Assembly (NCBI GenBank): GCA_965113315.1
Contig: OZ220373.1
Strand: one strand, 5' to 3'
DNA from: Podarcis vaucheri
Taxonomy: Eukaryota
Length of the DNA: 64,000 nt
In this document: positions 37,850-51,432 of the stretch, piece by piece
Position numbering within the stretch: the first letter of the stretch is position 1
How the letters are laid out: each line of letters begins with the position of its first letter
The notes under the pieces: generated by a model
What the model saw: only the letters and a program-made list of their open reading frames with translations
Told to the model about the DNA's origin: nothing
Database searches by the model: none
Made by a program: the position numbers and the translations under genes

Positions 37850-38063
37850 CAGTGAACGCTCGGGTTGCGAACATGATCCGTGCGGGATGCACGTTCGTAA
37901 CCCATAGCAGCCTGTCTGCGCACGCGCGGGTTGCAATTCGGCACTTCTGCGCATGCACAGCCCCCGAAACCCGGAAGTAACCCGTTCTGGTACTTCCGGG
38001 TTTCGGCGGGTCTGTAACCCAAAAAAACGCAACCTGAAGCATCTGCAACCCGAGGTATGACTG
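37850..38063. mobile_element. Tigger/pogo-type MITE with imperfect TIRs
   Basis: TA TSD on both sides; cagtgaacgctcgggttgc / gcaacccgaggtatgactg; CpG-rich. Confidence 0.78.
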
Positions 38064-40479
38064 TAATGAATAATAGCAGTCATTCCCCACCCCCACCCCC
38101 CTGCATTTTAATCTGGGCCACAGTTGTTTGGGAAACACAGGGTTTAACCCCTTCCTTCTGCCCTTGACACCCTCCCCGCATTTCTGTTGCTGTGTCCGCA
38201 TGGATTGTGCCTCACTGCTTTCTCCAAAGATGCTGCAGCAAGTGATGACTCTGTATTAACCTTCCAGCATAGGAGGCAATGTGGCTCCAAATACCAGTTG
38301 CTGTGGAATGCAGCTTCTTCCCAGCTTCCCATAATCCTATGGCTGGCCACCTTGCGAACACAATGCTGGCGTAGATGCTCCTTTGGCCTGATCCAGCAGA
38401 GCTCTTCTTAGGTTCTTGGTTGTGTTGCTAATCTCTGGAGCTGCTTTTGAGGGGCGAGCGGGAGACAGACTTTGTTATAGCATTCAGACCCAGTCCTGGG
38501 GGGATTTTTAACCTTCAAGAATAGGAATTTGTTAGGCAAAGCTTCCCACTGACTCCTCACTTATTGTCGCTGCAACTGCTTTCCTGCTTATGCTCATTTC
38601 CTCCTACTCCAGTTGTGCTGTGTCAAGCTGGAGTGTGTAGAGATGTGCCCCAGGGGTGTGCAGCTTGTGGCGAAGTGTTGTTGTTTTTTTAAAAAAAGTC
38701 TGATCTTCTACACCAAGGGACCCTCCTTACAATTTTTCAAGGTTAACCAACTTCAACCCTGGCCTAGTTGGTGTGACTCGTGACAGTGCCTTCTCAGTGG
38801 GAACACCCTCCCTGGTGAGATGCATCAGTCTCCCTCAGTGGACTTTCAGGAAGAATTTAACATTTTGTTTACCCAGGGTTCTGATGGCCAAAAGATACTA
38901 TTCCTGGCCACCCTGAAATTGTTGGTTCCGAGAATGTCTTTAACTGCTTTTTTTGCAAAATAATAATACTATTTGATCTGTTTGCTGTTTCAGGAAAAGG
39001 GTATGATATAAATTGAATAACAGTATGAATAAATAATACAAAACTTGTGGCTTTTATTCTGAACTTGGATATAAACTACCTGCTTCAAATGGTTGTGTAA
39101 ATAACTACTCTGTAATGCTGCCTAGATTAGCTATTAGAAAAAAAAGTTCAACTTGGTTGAGGTTTCTGAGTGCAGCGTAGATGGATGTTGCTGAACCAAA
39201 ATATATGAAGAAACAATAAATGTTTTTCACTGTAAGGAACATTCACTACTAGTGAGTAAATTGCCGTACGCCACTTGATGGGCTCAGGTCCTGTTTGGCC
39301 ACAGTGTGAGACCAAGATGCTTGACCACATGAACCATTGGCCTGATATCACAGGCTCCTCTCGCACTCTTAAATTCCTTGCACTGGTAAACAGGAAAACC
39401 GAAGAAGCTCCAACAGATGCCTCTTGCTTTCAACTGAAGAATCATTTCTATTTACAACGCTGCAAAAGAGAGCTAAGATTGAAGCAGGCTGCTACCTATT
39501 AACGGAACTCTGTCATGAAACTTACTGAGTGTCTTTGGCCTGTCAGTCATCTTTGCATGCCCCTGCATCTCCCTCAAATTTGCTTTAAATGGTTGGAGGG
39601 GGTCCCAGAACAGATTTAGAGTGTGTGACGGGTGGAGGGAGATGGAGTTGAAGCAGAAGTTGTTGCACAAACTAGATGACTTTGTTGCATACACCCCTAC
39701 GAGGCATCGAGGAACAGATAGTCTCTAAAAAGGTGTTTTATGCCTAGCCTTTGTGGGTCTCTGCCAAAGATTTCAAACTAAATTCAAGAAATGTTGTAAT
39801 TGCTGTTTTGACTGACAATTGTATTTATAACTTAATCTGATTAAAACTCTGAAACTCCCTAAAAGGGTGTGGGTTTTTGTTTCGTCCTGTAGCATTATTA
39901 TTCTACTCCTCCTTTTTGTTACAAGCTCAGATCATTTGATGAACAGCTTTTAAGTTGGAATGAGCGTGACAGCAGAGTTGCCCTTTCTGATAAAGCATGT
40001 TCTTGGTTTTTTAAAAAAATCACTCAACAAGCTGATCTCTTGCTAGTTAAAATTGTTAAAGAGAAGGTCAGGTTTCTTTACCTAAGGCAAGACAGGTCCA
40101 GAAAGTAGTTCATGCCCTAATTTCATCATAATACATATGTGTTTTGTTAAAAAAAAACCTTGACTGTATGATTGTTTCCTTAAGCACAAAGTCATTTGGT
40201 TTTTTACATCATCCCCTTTTTGTTCATCTCCAGAATAGTGGGAAAATAAAAAAGTAGTTAAATCATGCCTCTTTAATAAACCAAGGACTGGGTAGGAAGA
40301 TGTGGCTACCAAACAGGTATTCCTGACAATCTCTGAAAATATGTTAAAATACTTTATTTCTCTTAACAGACTTTGTAGATACACACACACACACACACAC
40401 ACACACACGGCAGTTTACAGACATTAAAATATTCAAAATAATTTTTTTTATTAGCATGTGACCAATGGTCACTTTTTAA

Positions 40480-40630
40480 AATTGCTATCGGTCAGTCCAT
40501 TTGAAAAAATAAGACTTTAGAGCCACCTTGCCCCCAAATGGCAACTAGATATTTCACTTTGGCCACTGTAAGTTTGGTATAAGGAGCCATTTAGTGCCTA
40601 GCTTATTTATCTGAGTTTCTGCTGCAATGA
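40480..40630 (-). mobile_element. Terminal fragment of the hAT family at 13592
   Basis: Reverse strand agaaactcagataaataagctaggcac...gttgccatttggg...aagtcttatttttt aligns with 13599-13720. Confidence 0.65.
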
Positions 40631-41589
40631 CACCAGGACGATTGTATTGCAGGAGCAATGCAGGGCTGTACCACATTCAAGCATTAGCAGAATATGTCAT
40701 ACTACCAGCCCTCCTGCCAAAACTTTGGTTGCTGTTCAATTCGCCATGGAGAGGCGTAAAGAGCCCTCTGCCCAAGTTTTGGCTCCCAAGGGAGAAGGTG
40801 GGAAGAGCCAGTGTGGCAGGCCATTTTAAGCCCTTCCTCAAGTCAAAACATAGCCCTCAAAATTCACTTGCTAGCCTGGTTTTTAAAGCTATTTTCCTGT
40901 CCATTCACCAACTCCATCTTCTGGAGGTTTTGGGAAGTACAGGTCCAGATCCAAGTTGGAAACCAGTGTCCCAAGTCTACCTGGGGTCAGGGGGAGGGAA
41001 GCAACAGAATGAGAAGAAGGACACTCTCTCTCTCTCTCTCTCAAACTGGCGGCTGCAAATGAAGAAGCTGGATACTCCATTCCCATCTAGGGTGAGGCCC
41101 AGCTACTGAAACCAAACACTGCAATCTGCTGACTTTGCAGGATTGTCTACCAGAAATCAGCTTGAAGTCCTGTGCTTGCCATAGAGTTAATTTCAGGGCT
41201 ATAAAAAGGATGGGGACCTTTAAAGGGGATACTGTATTGGCTTCTAGGAATCTTAAATACTTCTCCACCCCTGTGGACAGATTAATGCCTGAAACGTTCC
41301 TAAATCCTCCTCCGCTGGCTGTGAGAAATTTTGGGGAGATGATTCCAGCTCAGTTTGGGGACTGCAGGTGCAAAAGAATACTTACGTCCTTTGCCTCACT
41401 CATTCTTTCCTCTCAGGGGGTTCTGTAGAGGGAGTGGGACTCAAGGAATTGTTTAAGGGCCAAGCAAAATGCGTGGCTTGCCACAATTGCTAAAACTAGG
41501 CATTGAAGTGCATTTGGTTAGCAGTCTGGATAGGGATCACAGTTTGTATGGAGGGGAGCTTTCACCCTCCCCTCCCAGTCACTATCTTT

Positions 41590-41593
<4 letters not shown>

Positions 41594-41669
<76 letters not shown>

Positions 41670-41728
41670 CAAAGAGCAAGAGGAACAAAACCTCCCATTG
41701 GCTCCAAAGGAACCATTTTACCCATTGC

Positions 41729-41764
<36 letters not shown>

Positions 41765-41766
41765 CG
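41594..41766. repeat. Compound microsatellites (TC)n(CA)n and (TG)14(CG)5
   Basis: Direct reading: 41594-41667 and 41729-41766. Confidence 0.95.
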
Positions 41767-42669
41767 TTTCTGGACTGCAATGGTTGAGGGAAGGGTTAAC
41801 CCACAAACACAAAAACGTGCTAGATCACACTTGATTTTAATGTCTGTCTGTTTTAGGGTGGTTGTTTTTGTTGTTGTTTTAAAAAATAAGATAATGAAGT
41901 TCTAACTCTGCTTAATGTCTGCCACCTAATCTAAAATCTGCCCGCTGTATTTTTTAAACAAAGTATAGGAAAATGAGTTACACCCTTTAACCCTATCTGG
42001 AGCCTCTTAAATGACTGGAGGGGGGGCATAATTTCTCTTTTTTATTAATGGTGCCTGTTTCTATTTGATGTGGTGTGTCAGCACATGCATCCAGTTCTTG
42101 CAGAGGTCGTTGAGTAAAAAACTTCCAAGATTAGCTTAAGTGGTTTATTTCAGTTCTCTTTGTAGATCAAAGTAACAAAACCACTGCATGTTGGTGCTGA
42201 TGTTTCATTCCTGCTTCTTGAGAGAGGCTTTGGCTAGGAGCAAGCTACGCAAGGAGTGCTTGAGCTCTTGGCGTTTTAAAACATTTAAAAATTCACTAGG
42301 CCTATTTTTCCGTCAGCTTCACAGCAGAATTCAGGAGGCTAAATGGAGCTAGGAATGAGAAACCCTTAAAATGGTGTGAAAATTTGTTCAGCTGCAGGGA
42401 CATAAGGTGTTACTTCCCCAATGTTACGTTAAAAAAAAGTTGCACTTTAGCCAGATGAGTTCTTAGCAAAGAAGAATGGTCTCCATCAATATTGTACTTA
42501 GTTCCACAAACTGACTTGGTTCAAATGTAATGCTAAACTATGGTTTAGCTTTACATGAACAAATGGCAGCATGGCCATGGGAAGGAAACTGGAAGATTCT
42601 GATTCGATTTTATACAAATCATGCCTTGTTACTTCTAAACCTGCTACTGTGGTTAGTCTTAACTATGGT

Positions 42670-43003
42670 AGGTAAAGGTAAAGGGACCCCTGACCATTAG
42701 GTCCAGTCCTGACCAACTGGGGTTGCGGCGCTCATCTCGCTTTATTGGCCGAGGGAGCCGGCGTGCAGCTTACGGGTCATGTGGCCAGCATGACTAAGCT
42801 GCTTCTGGCAAACCAGAGCAGCGCACAGAAGCACCATTTACCTTCCCGCCAGAGTGCACTTTGATGTGCTTTCGAACTGCTAGGTTGGCAGGCGCAGGGA
42901 CCGAGCAACGGGAGCTCACCCCGTCGTGGGGATTCGAATTGCCGATCTTATGATCGGCAAGCCCTAGGCTCTGTGGTTTAACCCACAGCGCCACCCGCGT
43001 CCC
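42670..43003 (-). mobile_element. Sauria SINE, full length with a small internal deletion
   Basis: TSD tcttaactatggt at 42657-42669 and 43007-43019. Confidence 0.93.
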
Positions 43004-43149
43004 TTCTCTTAACTATGGTGCAGAGAAGCAAAAGAGGATCAGAAACAAAGATTTGAGTTTGAAGCCCAATTTCTATCTTTCCTAGGTAACATAGACAACA
43101 CTAAACAAAATGGACCATTGATCTGACTCACTTTAAGGCCACTTTCTCT

Positions 43150-43602
43150 CTATTTTTTTTTTGGGGGGGGAGAGATAAATTTTATTAGATTTTCAAAAGA
43201 AAGTATCTTTTTTTGTTCAGACTGAAATATTAATCTAGATAAAATAAAAACATAGATCCATCAAAAAAAGAAAGGAAAAAGAAGGAAGAAAGAGAAATAG
43301 AGCTAGAAGAAAGATTAAAGAGAGAGAAAGAAAAAAAAGTTAAGAAACTAAAGAACTTTCGATTCTTTGTCAGTCAGCATTATTCAACTCATCCACTCCA
43401 GTAAAACACCCAGGACAACCACTTTCTACAGATAACCAACGTTATCGTCAACCTTCAAACCCAAATACCATTTCTTTTTCTTTTCAACACAAAAAGTCTG
43501 AGAGGTTTCCAATCTAGTAAATGTTGACAACGACTTGATTGAACATGTCAGTTTTGCCATCTCAGCTAAGTCTTGTCGTTTTAATAACCATTCCTCCCTT
43601 GT
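43150..43602 (-). mobile_element. L1-like LINE 3' fragment
   Basis: Reverse strand encodes TREEWLLKRQDLAEMAKLT, an L1-type ORF2 C-terminal motif, then a T-rich UTR, AATAAA and an A-rich tail. Confidence 0.65.
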
Positions 43603-43989
43603 TTGTTTGCAATGAGTCTTCCCATCATGGTGCCCTGGAAGGATACTTCCTACACTATGTGCTCCTCAGAGCATTCTCCCTTCCTCTGGTTCCCATCAAC
43701 TGGTATTGAAAAGTGTACTGCCTGACAGTGGAGATGGAACACAGCCACTAGGATTAGTAGCCATCAGCAGCCCTTATCCTCCATGAATTTGTAGCCATTG
43801 CTATTACTGCTTTTATTAGCAAGGGGTGTATGCTTATCTCTATGCTTATCTCTGCCCCCTTTCCAAGATTCCTTACTTGCATCTTGTCTGCCAGTCACCC
43901 TGTACAGTCAGGAGGAAAACAATGCTGTCCATGGTTGTAAAGAATAATTGGGTGCATTCTTTCCCTCTTGGATCAAATCTATGCTTCCA

Positions 43990-44312
43990 GGTGTCATAAG
44001 AAAGCTGCAGAGAATAGTGCAGGATAGTGCGCACCCCGGAAATGATTTCTTTCAGCTTCTGCCTTCTGGAAGAAGGTACAGGGTTATAAAGACTAGGACT
44101 AGCCGCCACTTTCTACCCAAATGTGATTTTGGTTTTAAACGCATTGTAAGGCGTCTGTATGGGAGTATATTGTATTTAAAAATGGGGTGTCAGAGTTTTT
44201 AGGGGGCTAACCAGGTTGGGATAGCAGGCTTGTTGGGTTTTGAATGTCTTATGTAGATTTTCCAATTTCGTTGTTCTGTATGGGACAATGACAATAAAGA
44301 TTATCGTATTGT
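43990..44312 (+). mobile_element. Rex1/Babar-type LINE 3' fragment
   Basis: RIVQDSAHPGNDFFQLLPSGRRYRVIKTRTSR motif; ends atgacaataaag. Confidence 0.7.
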
Positions 44313-46192
44313 AAAAGTATAAAAAGTTTTCTTCCTGTCTCCTTATGTGCTCATTTCCATAAGGACTACCTGTGCTGCAAAAGTCTTGTGTTGCGGCCAG
44401 ATACATAAAGCCCCCTCAAGCTTCTGAGTACTTCTACATCCATGCATGCTCCTCACTTGAAGGCCCTCACACTAACATGCGCACAGTGTCCTGTGAAAAG
44501 GTATTGAGTCCAAACTGAAGTTCTTTCCCTGGCTATGACTCATAGCGCATCTGCGAGCCAAGGTTTGTTGCTGTGGTCAGTGAACGGTGAGCATCCATGT
44601 GCAAACTGGTCCTAAGAGACGGCTTCAAATTTAATCACATCTGCTGAAAGTGGCTGAGGCAAGGTTCTTTCACTTTGCAGCTGGAATGTGTTTGGCTTTA
44701 TTGAAGTGGGAACTGGAGGAACGAAAGGAGTCCTTGAGTTTGAACAAGGAAGGAAGTGGAAGGATTGTGTTCTTTTCCTCAACTTGAGCGTAGAAATCTC
44801 AGCCTCTCCTCCACAGCAGCTGAGGAAGGGAGTATCTCTTGATAGATGCCTAGTTGTGGTTAAAAGCAATGATAGGGAGCCTAAAGAAATCCACGTTCGG
44901 AGCCTCTGGTTTCTTTATGTTTGTTGCCGCTACCGGAGAGGCCCTAATATAATTTCATCCTTATTTCAACAATTTTGTTTGTTTGGGCAAAGGCATTTAG
45001 TCCACCGGGAAGCCATAAATCACCAAGGGGTTGTTGGCAAGGGAGCCATGCTGTTTTGAAAGAGACTGGACGTACACCCCAGGAAAAAGGGGGTGCAAAT
45101 AGTTTGCATTGGAGAGGGATGTTTTCACTCAAAACAAGCCTCTAGACAATGTGCAAAGAGTTCAGAATGTACTGCAGACAACGCCACAGCAAATAAATAT
45201 ATCTAAATGTGTTCCCAGAATAGAACCGGCACTTTTCTTGTGCTTTGAGTTGCATATACTGTGTTCTTGAATGATCCCATATTGTCAAAGGCACAAGTCC
45301 TTTGTTGTTCCCGCATTCCAAAAGGGGGGTGGGTCTGCTTTTTATGTATTCGGTTTTATTTGCTTTTATTTATTGAAATAGGCAGTGTTGCAGGATAACT
45401 GTGCTGTCCAGTTTTGCCTTCTGGATGGGAGAGCATGTGTTCTCCCAGAAAGTCATTTTATTTGACACCACCTAGAAGGGTCTGGGTGCTTATATGCAGC
45501 TCTCAGTGAAGACTTTTTCTGTTTGTCTCGAGGATGAAAATCAAACCGTTACAAATAAAGTGTATTGTGGTACAGATTTCTTATGCAAGCAAAGGCCACA
45601 AAGTTTAATGGCCACAAAGTTTAATATTATCAATGTCACCATCACTTTAGCCAACTCGTTCCTCCAAGTGTTTTAATTATTGCAAATACTGTTAAAATGT
45701 ATACACACCAGAAGTGTGGTTCGCACGTTTCTACCCAAGTATCTCTTTATTTTTGTAAACTTATTTGAGTGTTATGGATTTAGTTTTATTTGAATGTTTA
45801 CATCATGCTATCTCCTAACTAAGTTATGAGCCAAACTGTTGGCTAGAACGTTGCCTCTTCCCAGTCCAACCATGTATACATAGTTTAGAGAACATTTCCT
45901 GGGAACAAACTGTTTATAAAGTTCAGTTCATTGGTGCCTTGGTAAGCAAGTTTAGTTCTTAGTTATTTGTAAATAGATTTGTCGTCCAAAAATGTGTTCT
46001 CTCAGTGGGCTCTAACGGACTTTCTTGAACGATTTGCCTTTTTAAAGACTTAGTTTATTTTAAAATACTTGATTTGGTCATTATCTGCTGCAGTGGCAAA
46101 GCCAGCTAAAATTGGGGTGGGGGGATGTAAATGGTACTGTTAATAAACTTCGGTGTTTAGCTTCTCCCCTTTGACCTTACCATCTTGGGTGA

Positions 46193-47180
46193 CCACCCTA
46201 AATATCTTCACAGAAGCTTACGAAAAGCTTGGCCTATCGCTCAACATCCAAAAAACCAAAGTGCTGCACCAACAAGCACAAAACCCCTCTGCAGCACCAC
46301 AAATCCAACTCAGTCATGTAATGTTAGAAAGTGTTGATCACTTCTCCTACCTGGGCAGTTATCTTTCCACAAGGGCCAACACTGATGCCGAAATCCAGCA
46401 TTGCCTGAGCTCTCCGAGTGCAGCTTTCTCCCGATTGAAGTGCAGAGTGTTTGAAGACTGGGACATTTGCAGAGAAACCAAAATGCTTGTTTATAAAGCT
46501 ACTGTACTACCAACCTTACTGTATGCTTGTGAAACATGAATCACTTCTAAATGCCATCTCCAACTCCTTGAAAAAATCTATCAGTGGTGTCTCCAAAAAT
46601 TTTTACATATCACTTGGGAAGACAAGCGAACTAATGCCAGTATACTGGAAGATGCAAAGATCACCAGTGTCAAAGAAATGATTCTTCAACATCAACTTTG
46701 TTGGACTGGTCATGTTGTTCAGATGCCTTCCATGTATTGTCTTCCGAAGCAACTACTCTATTCTGAACTTAAAAATGGAAAGCATAATGCTGGTGGTCAA
46801 CAAAAGAGGTTTAAAGACTCTCTCAAGGCAAATCTTTAAAAAATGTAGTATAAACACAGACAGTTGCGTAACACTGGCCTTCGAGTGCTCCTATTCGAGA
46901 ACAGCCTTACCAAAGATGAAGATGCTCAAACTCAGGACGAGAGGGAGAAATGTGCTAAGAGGAAGGCATGTTTGGCAAACCCTTACTGTGATCAACTCCT
47001 GCCCTAAAGCCTATGTCTCCACTGTGGAAGGACGTGTGGGTCCAGAATTGACCTTCACAGTCACTTACAGACTCACTGTTAAGACCGTGTTCATGGAAGA
47101 CAATTTTACTCAGCTACAAGTGATGGAAAAAGAAGAAGAAGAAGAAGAAGAAGAAGAAGAAGAAGAAGAAGAAGAAGAAA
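46193..47180 (+). mobile_element. RTE-clade LINE 3' fragment with (GAA)n tail
   Basis: FTEAYEKLGLSLNIQKTKVL...VDHFSYLGS...YKATVLPTLLYACET and a terminal CxxC..H..H-like motif; several stops; (GAA)n at ~47128-47179. Confidence 0.85.
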
Positions 47181-47251
47181 CCACAACCACCACCACAACA
47201 AACAACTTCTTAGATGGAGAACAGTTCAGTCTACCAGGACACTGAACTTAA

Positions 47252-47640
47252 GGTGGCAATCCTTAGGACCTAGGATATCAGTGTTCAAATCGCCACTTGG
47301 TCATGAAACTCACTGGGTGACTTTGGGCAAGTCACTGTCTCTTTGCCTAACCTATCTCACAGGTTTGTTGTGAGGATTAAATGAGGAGGGAGAGAGCTAT
47401 GTACACCACCTTGAACTACTTGGGGGGGAAATGTAATATAAATGCAGTAAATGTGTGTTGAATGTTCTTTCAATGTAGCTGTCTGAGGAAGCCAAGGTCA
47501 AATCTTGTCTCTTTTCTGAAGCTCACTGAGTGATCTTGGGTCTGTCATACTATCCCTCAGCCCAGCCGACCTTACAGAGCAGTGGTGAGCATGCTGCCTT
47601 GAGTTCTTAGTAGGAAATGTGGGGTAGAAATGTAGAAAAT
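47252..47640 (+). mobile_element. Two old tRNA-derived SINEs (Squam3/MIR-like) in tandem
   Basis: ctcactgggtgactttgggcaagtcac...ctcacaggtttgttgtgagg core, repeated in degenerate form. Confidence 0.55.
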
Positions 47641-47804
47641 CCCAAAGACATTAATTTCTTCTGAAGGTACATATTAACTGCGATCTACAGGAAATTTAAC
47701 CTACCAGTTCCTTTTTGCTTACAGTGGAGTAATGCCAGCTGAGCTGGAGATAATGGAATTGAACCAGATGACTTGCAATCTATCTCTATCTCTCTCTTTT
47801 TCAG

Positions 47805-47893
47805 CTTCCACCTGGCTGCCTCCAAAGGGCAGGCAGAATGCCTCAGGATTATGATGACTCACGGTGTGGATGTAACAGCACAAGATGGGACAG
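47805..47893 (+). CDS. RAI14: RAI14 exon (~4): [29 protein letters not shown]
   Basis: tttcag|C ... ACAG|gtactc; 89 nt; phase 2 to 1; ankyrin consensus. Confidence 0.96.
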
Positions 47894-48958
47894 GTACTCA
47901 AACTCGGGGGGGGGGGGGTCCCCACCCCTTTGCTCCCCTTTGTTTTTGTTGCTGTTTTTGAGCTTTCACGACACATGTAAATAGGCTTTTTTGCATGCTC
48001 TGCTTACAAATGAGCATGTGCAGATGTCTTATGCTGAATCATTTTGCCCAGGGCTGTCTGCAGTACCCCCAAATCTTGTGATCTCTCCAACCTCTTCAGT
48101 TTATTTTGAAATGTTGGATGCTGCTTCTGAGATGATAGTTTCTGCAAAGTGAGCCACCTACTTCTGTACTGTGTCCCCCCTTCTCTGTTATTTTGTGCTG
48201 GATTCACAGTTGTGCAGTGCACACCTTGTGAAATCGGGCACTTTTAGTTTGTTCAATACTCCACATGTATTGAAAACCCAGTATATCATTTCATCCGCAT
48301 CTGTAGACTAAGCCTAGCTGGCTTTTTGATCCAGGCAGCTATGGAACCTCTGAAGAGCATCTTAATGTATAGAATTTACAGGCAAGGACTTATGCCAACT
48401 GTTGGGAAATGGGCCATATGTGATGTCAGGTGGTGAGGTGGGCAAAGACATAACTGCACCTAAAGGGGATTTGCAGGTACAGGCGCTCCTTCAGGTATAC
48501 AGGGCCAAAGGCTGTTCAGGGCTTTAAAGGCCAAGACTTTGAATTGTGCTTGGGAACGTTTGCAGGAACAAGAGCCACAATGTCAGGTGACTGACAAGGA
48601 CTTGGCTGTCAGTTGGCTGCATGTTGTGGGGTGGGGTGGAGAGGTAAGAATCCACTCTGCTGGCTGGATCCAGTTCTCCAGCCTTGACTTAAGCCAAATG
48701 CAAAATTACTTTGGCAAGTATATTTACCTGGATTTGCACTTAACTGGGGGGGGGAGTACCAGTATATACCCATTGTGGACCACTCTGTATTGCATCAATA
48801 CGTTTAACAGGGAGCAAAGCAGGTTCTTCAAGTCTGGAGAGGGGCATCCTCTCGCAGTGAACCTGTTTCATGGTGTTCCAAGTCCAGAGGATCACTTCAT
48901 GTATAATAGCGTGCTTCACAATTCTTGGAGTATTTGAAATCATTTCCCATTTGTGCAG

Positions 48959-49023
48959 GGCACAGTGCGTTGCACCTTGCAGCCAAGAACAGCCACCCTG
49001 ATTGTGTCAAGAGGCTCCTTCAG
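48959..49023 (+). CDS. RAI14: RAI14 exon (~5): GHSALHLAAKNSHPDCVKRLLQ
   Basis: gtgcag|GG ... CAG|gtgaag; 65 nt; SALHLAA ankyrin motif; not in the ORF track. Confidence 0.95.
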
Positions 49024-50307
49024 GTGAAGTATATTTTCTGTTTCTCTTCACTGCCACTTCTGAAGTTCTGATAAACACTAGCATGCTTCCAAGTTCTCTT
49101 TTAAAGCAGCCATCTTAATAGCACATAAGAGTTCAGAACAGTTGATATTTAAGGACTTCTTTGTGCCCAGGAGTATGAGAGGATTCTTAACCTGTGTTGC
49201 CCAAATAAACAGGCGTATACTGAGAACTTTTGCCCATCTAGTTCAGAATTGTCTATATGGACTGGCAACAGCTATCCAGGGTTTCGGGAAAGGGAAATTC
49301 CCAGTCCTACCTGGAAGATGCCTGGGATTGAACCTGGGATCTTCTGCATTCAAGGTAGATGTTCTTGCCACCAAGCTATGTTCCTTCTAGCCACTTTCCC
49401 CTGCACCTCAACATAATGAAAGCTAGTGATGTGGTGTTGTGACACCAGTTCTGGAGTATGGTTCTTGCTGTTATGATCTGGTCATTAGTGGTCAAATATG
49501 ATATACACTTAATCTGTAACATCCGAGAGAATTGCTTTGGCAAATGTAAGAGCTGCAGTTGCCCAAATAAAACCCATGTTTGTTGCGGGAGGCGCTGAAA
49601 TCTGCCAACTAAAAATACTTCTTGTCCAATTTGTCCATGGCTGGATTTGGTAGTGCCTGTTAAATGAATAATTGAGTGGTGTATCTGTGTGTCTACTCAA
49701 AATTCCTCTAGTAATCTACCTGTAGGAATAGTTCCAATGATTTTTTCCCTTACCTCTTTTAGGGATCCATATTGATTAATTTAACAAACTATTATGTTTA
49801 AGGAAGGCCATTTGATTTCAATGCAAAAACAGATGGAATACATTTCATATAATTGTTCATATCCCTCCCCCCCCCCTTTGCATGTACTTTTATTTTAACC
49901 AGTCATGGACAAACTGCCCCAAACTGCTATCATGTGGCCTTGATCACCCACCAAGGGGTGTCTCCAAGACAGTTGTTGTGATCGTGCAAAGACTTTCCTC
50001 CTCCTCCAAAACCCACAAATCAGTTCTGGGTATTCCCCAACTTTCACAATCATATGCGGGAAGAGGAGGAGGCAGGGAAGAAGAAATGTTTGTGTGAGCA
50101 GGACATCATTATTGGATACAACCCCAAATGAAACCTGGGTCCATGAACCTTCATTTTACTTTTTCTCCAGTCTTTAAAGAAGGCTCTAGGTAGTTCTCTA
50201 AATTTTCTTCGTATTCCACAAAAGTATTTTCCCCCCAAATAGCAATGAACTTCAAAATGCTTTTTGCTCCATGCCTTGCTAAAAGACTCATTTTTGTCAT
50301 CCTACAG

Positions 50308-50365
50308 TCTAAATGTCCACCAGAGAGCACTGATAACTCTGGGAAGACAGCTTTACACTATGCAG
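50308..50365 (+). CDS. RAI14: RAI14 exon (~6): SKCPPESTDNSGKTALHYA
   Basis: ctacag|TCT ... GCAG|gtaata; 58 nt. Confidence 0.95.
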
Positions 50366-50934
50366 GTAATATTTTTACTCCCTCTCTCTTTCATATTCCC
50401 ATACCCCCCCTTGACCTTGTTAGGTCCACCCTACGTAATCCATGCCTTCACAATGGGAGTTCCATAAGGGCGGCACAAATAGGGTCCCTGTGTGATGAGC
50501 TCCAGGCCTCTCTGTGATGAACTGTGGTCATCAGTGAGATTGTAAGCAGCCTCCCCTGCCCCACTCATGCAGTGGGACTTCTCCCCACCCTGTACTCACC
50601 CTACTTGTTCCCCTTCCCCCAAGCAGATTTAGGAAGTTCAGTGGGGGGAGAGGAGGAAACACCCCATTGCACAAGCAGACCTTATTCTACACATGCAGCA
50701 ACTTCGCTAAATCTTGCCCAGTATCTAGGCCCCAAACTGTTCAGGGCTTTTTTAGGTTAATCTTATTACTTTGAATTGAGCCCAGTTAATAGATAGGTAG
50801 CCAGTACAGACGCTGCAAAGCTGGCCTCGTATAACATCAGCTAGAAATACTCTTGCAGCTGCATTCTCACTAGTCAGACCTTCAAGGGCAGTCTTACTTA
50901 GAGTGCCTAAGAATTAAGAGTAGATGGTTGGCTC

Positions 50935-50970
<36 letters not shown>

Positions 50971-51432
50971 TTTTTCTTTCTTTCTCCCTCTCATACACTG
51001 CTTTTCAGGAAATTCTAGTTGGTCATTGTTGGAGACAGGATGAAGAATTATATCAGCCTTCTTCAAGCTGTTGCCCTGCTGATGTTGTAGGACTGCAACC
51101 CCCATATTCCCTGGCCATTGGCCGAGCTGCTGGATGTTGTAGTCTAAAGCACCTGCAGCCCAACTTCAGCTGGAAGGCCACTTGTTATATAAGGGGTGGC
51201 AGAAATGTGGTTTAGCGTGGTTTCAGCAAGGCTGGAAAAATCTCTCCTGTGGTATGGACCCTGCAGGAGTTTTGAACAACTAATCTCGCAGTTCCTTGAA
51301 GATCTAAAACAACTTATTACAGCATAGTCCGTGATAGCTTATGCCACAATAGAGTATTTAAGGTGCTATGGGACTCCTTATTGTGTTTGCTCTTGCTCTA
51401 AGTTTGCAGCTCTCATTTTCTTCTTCTTTTAG

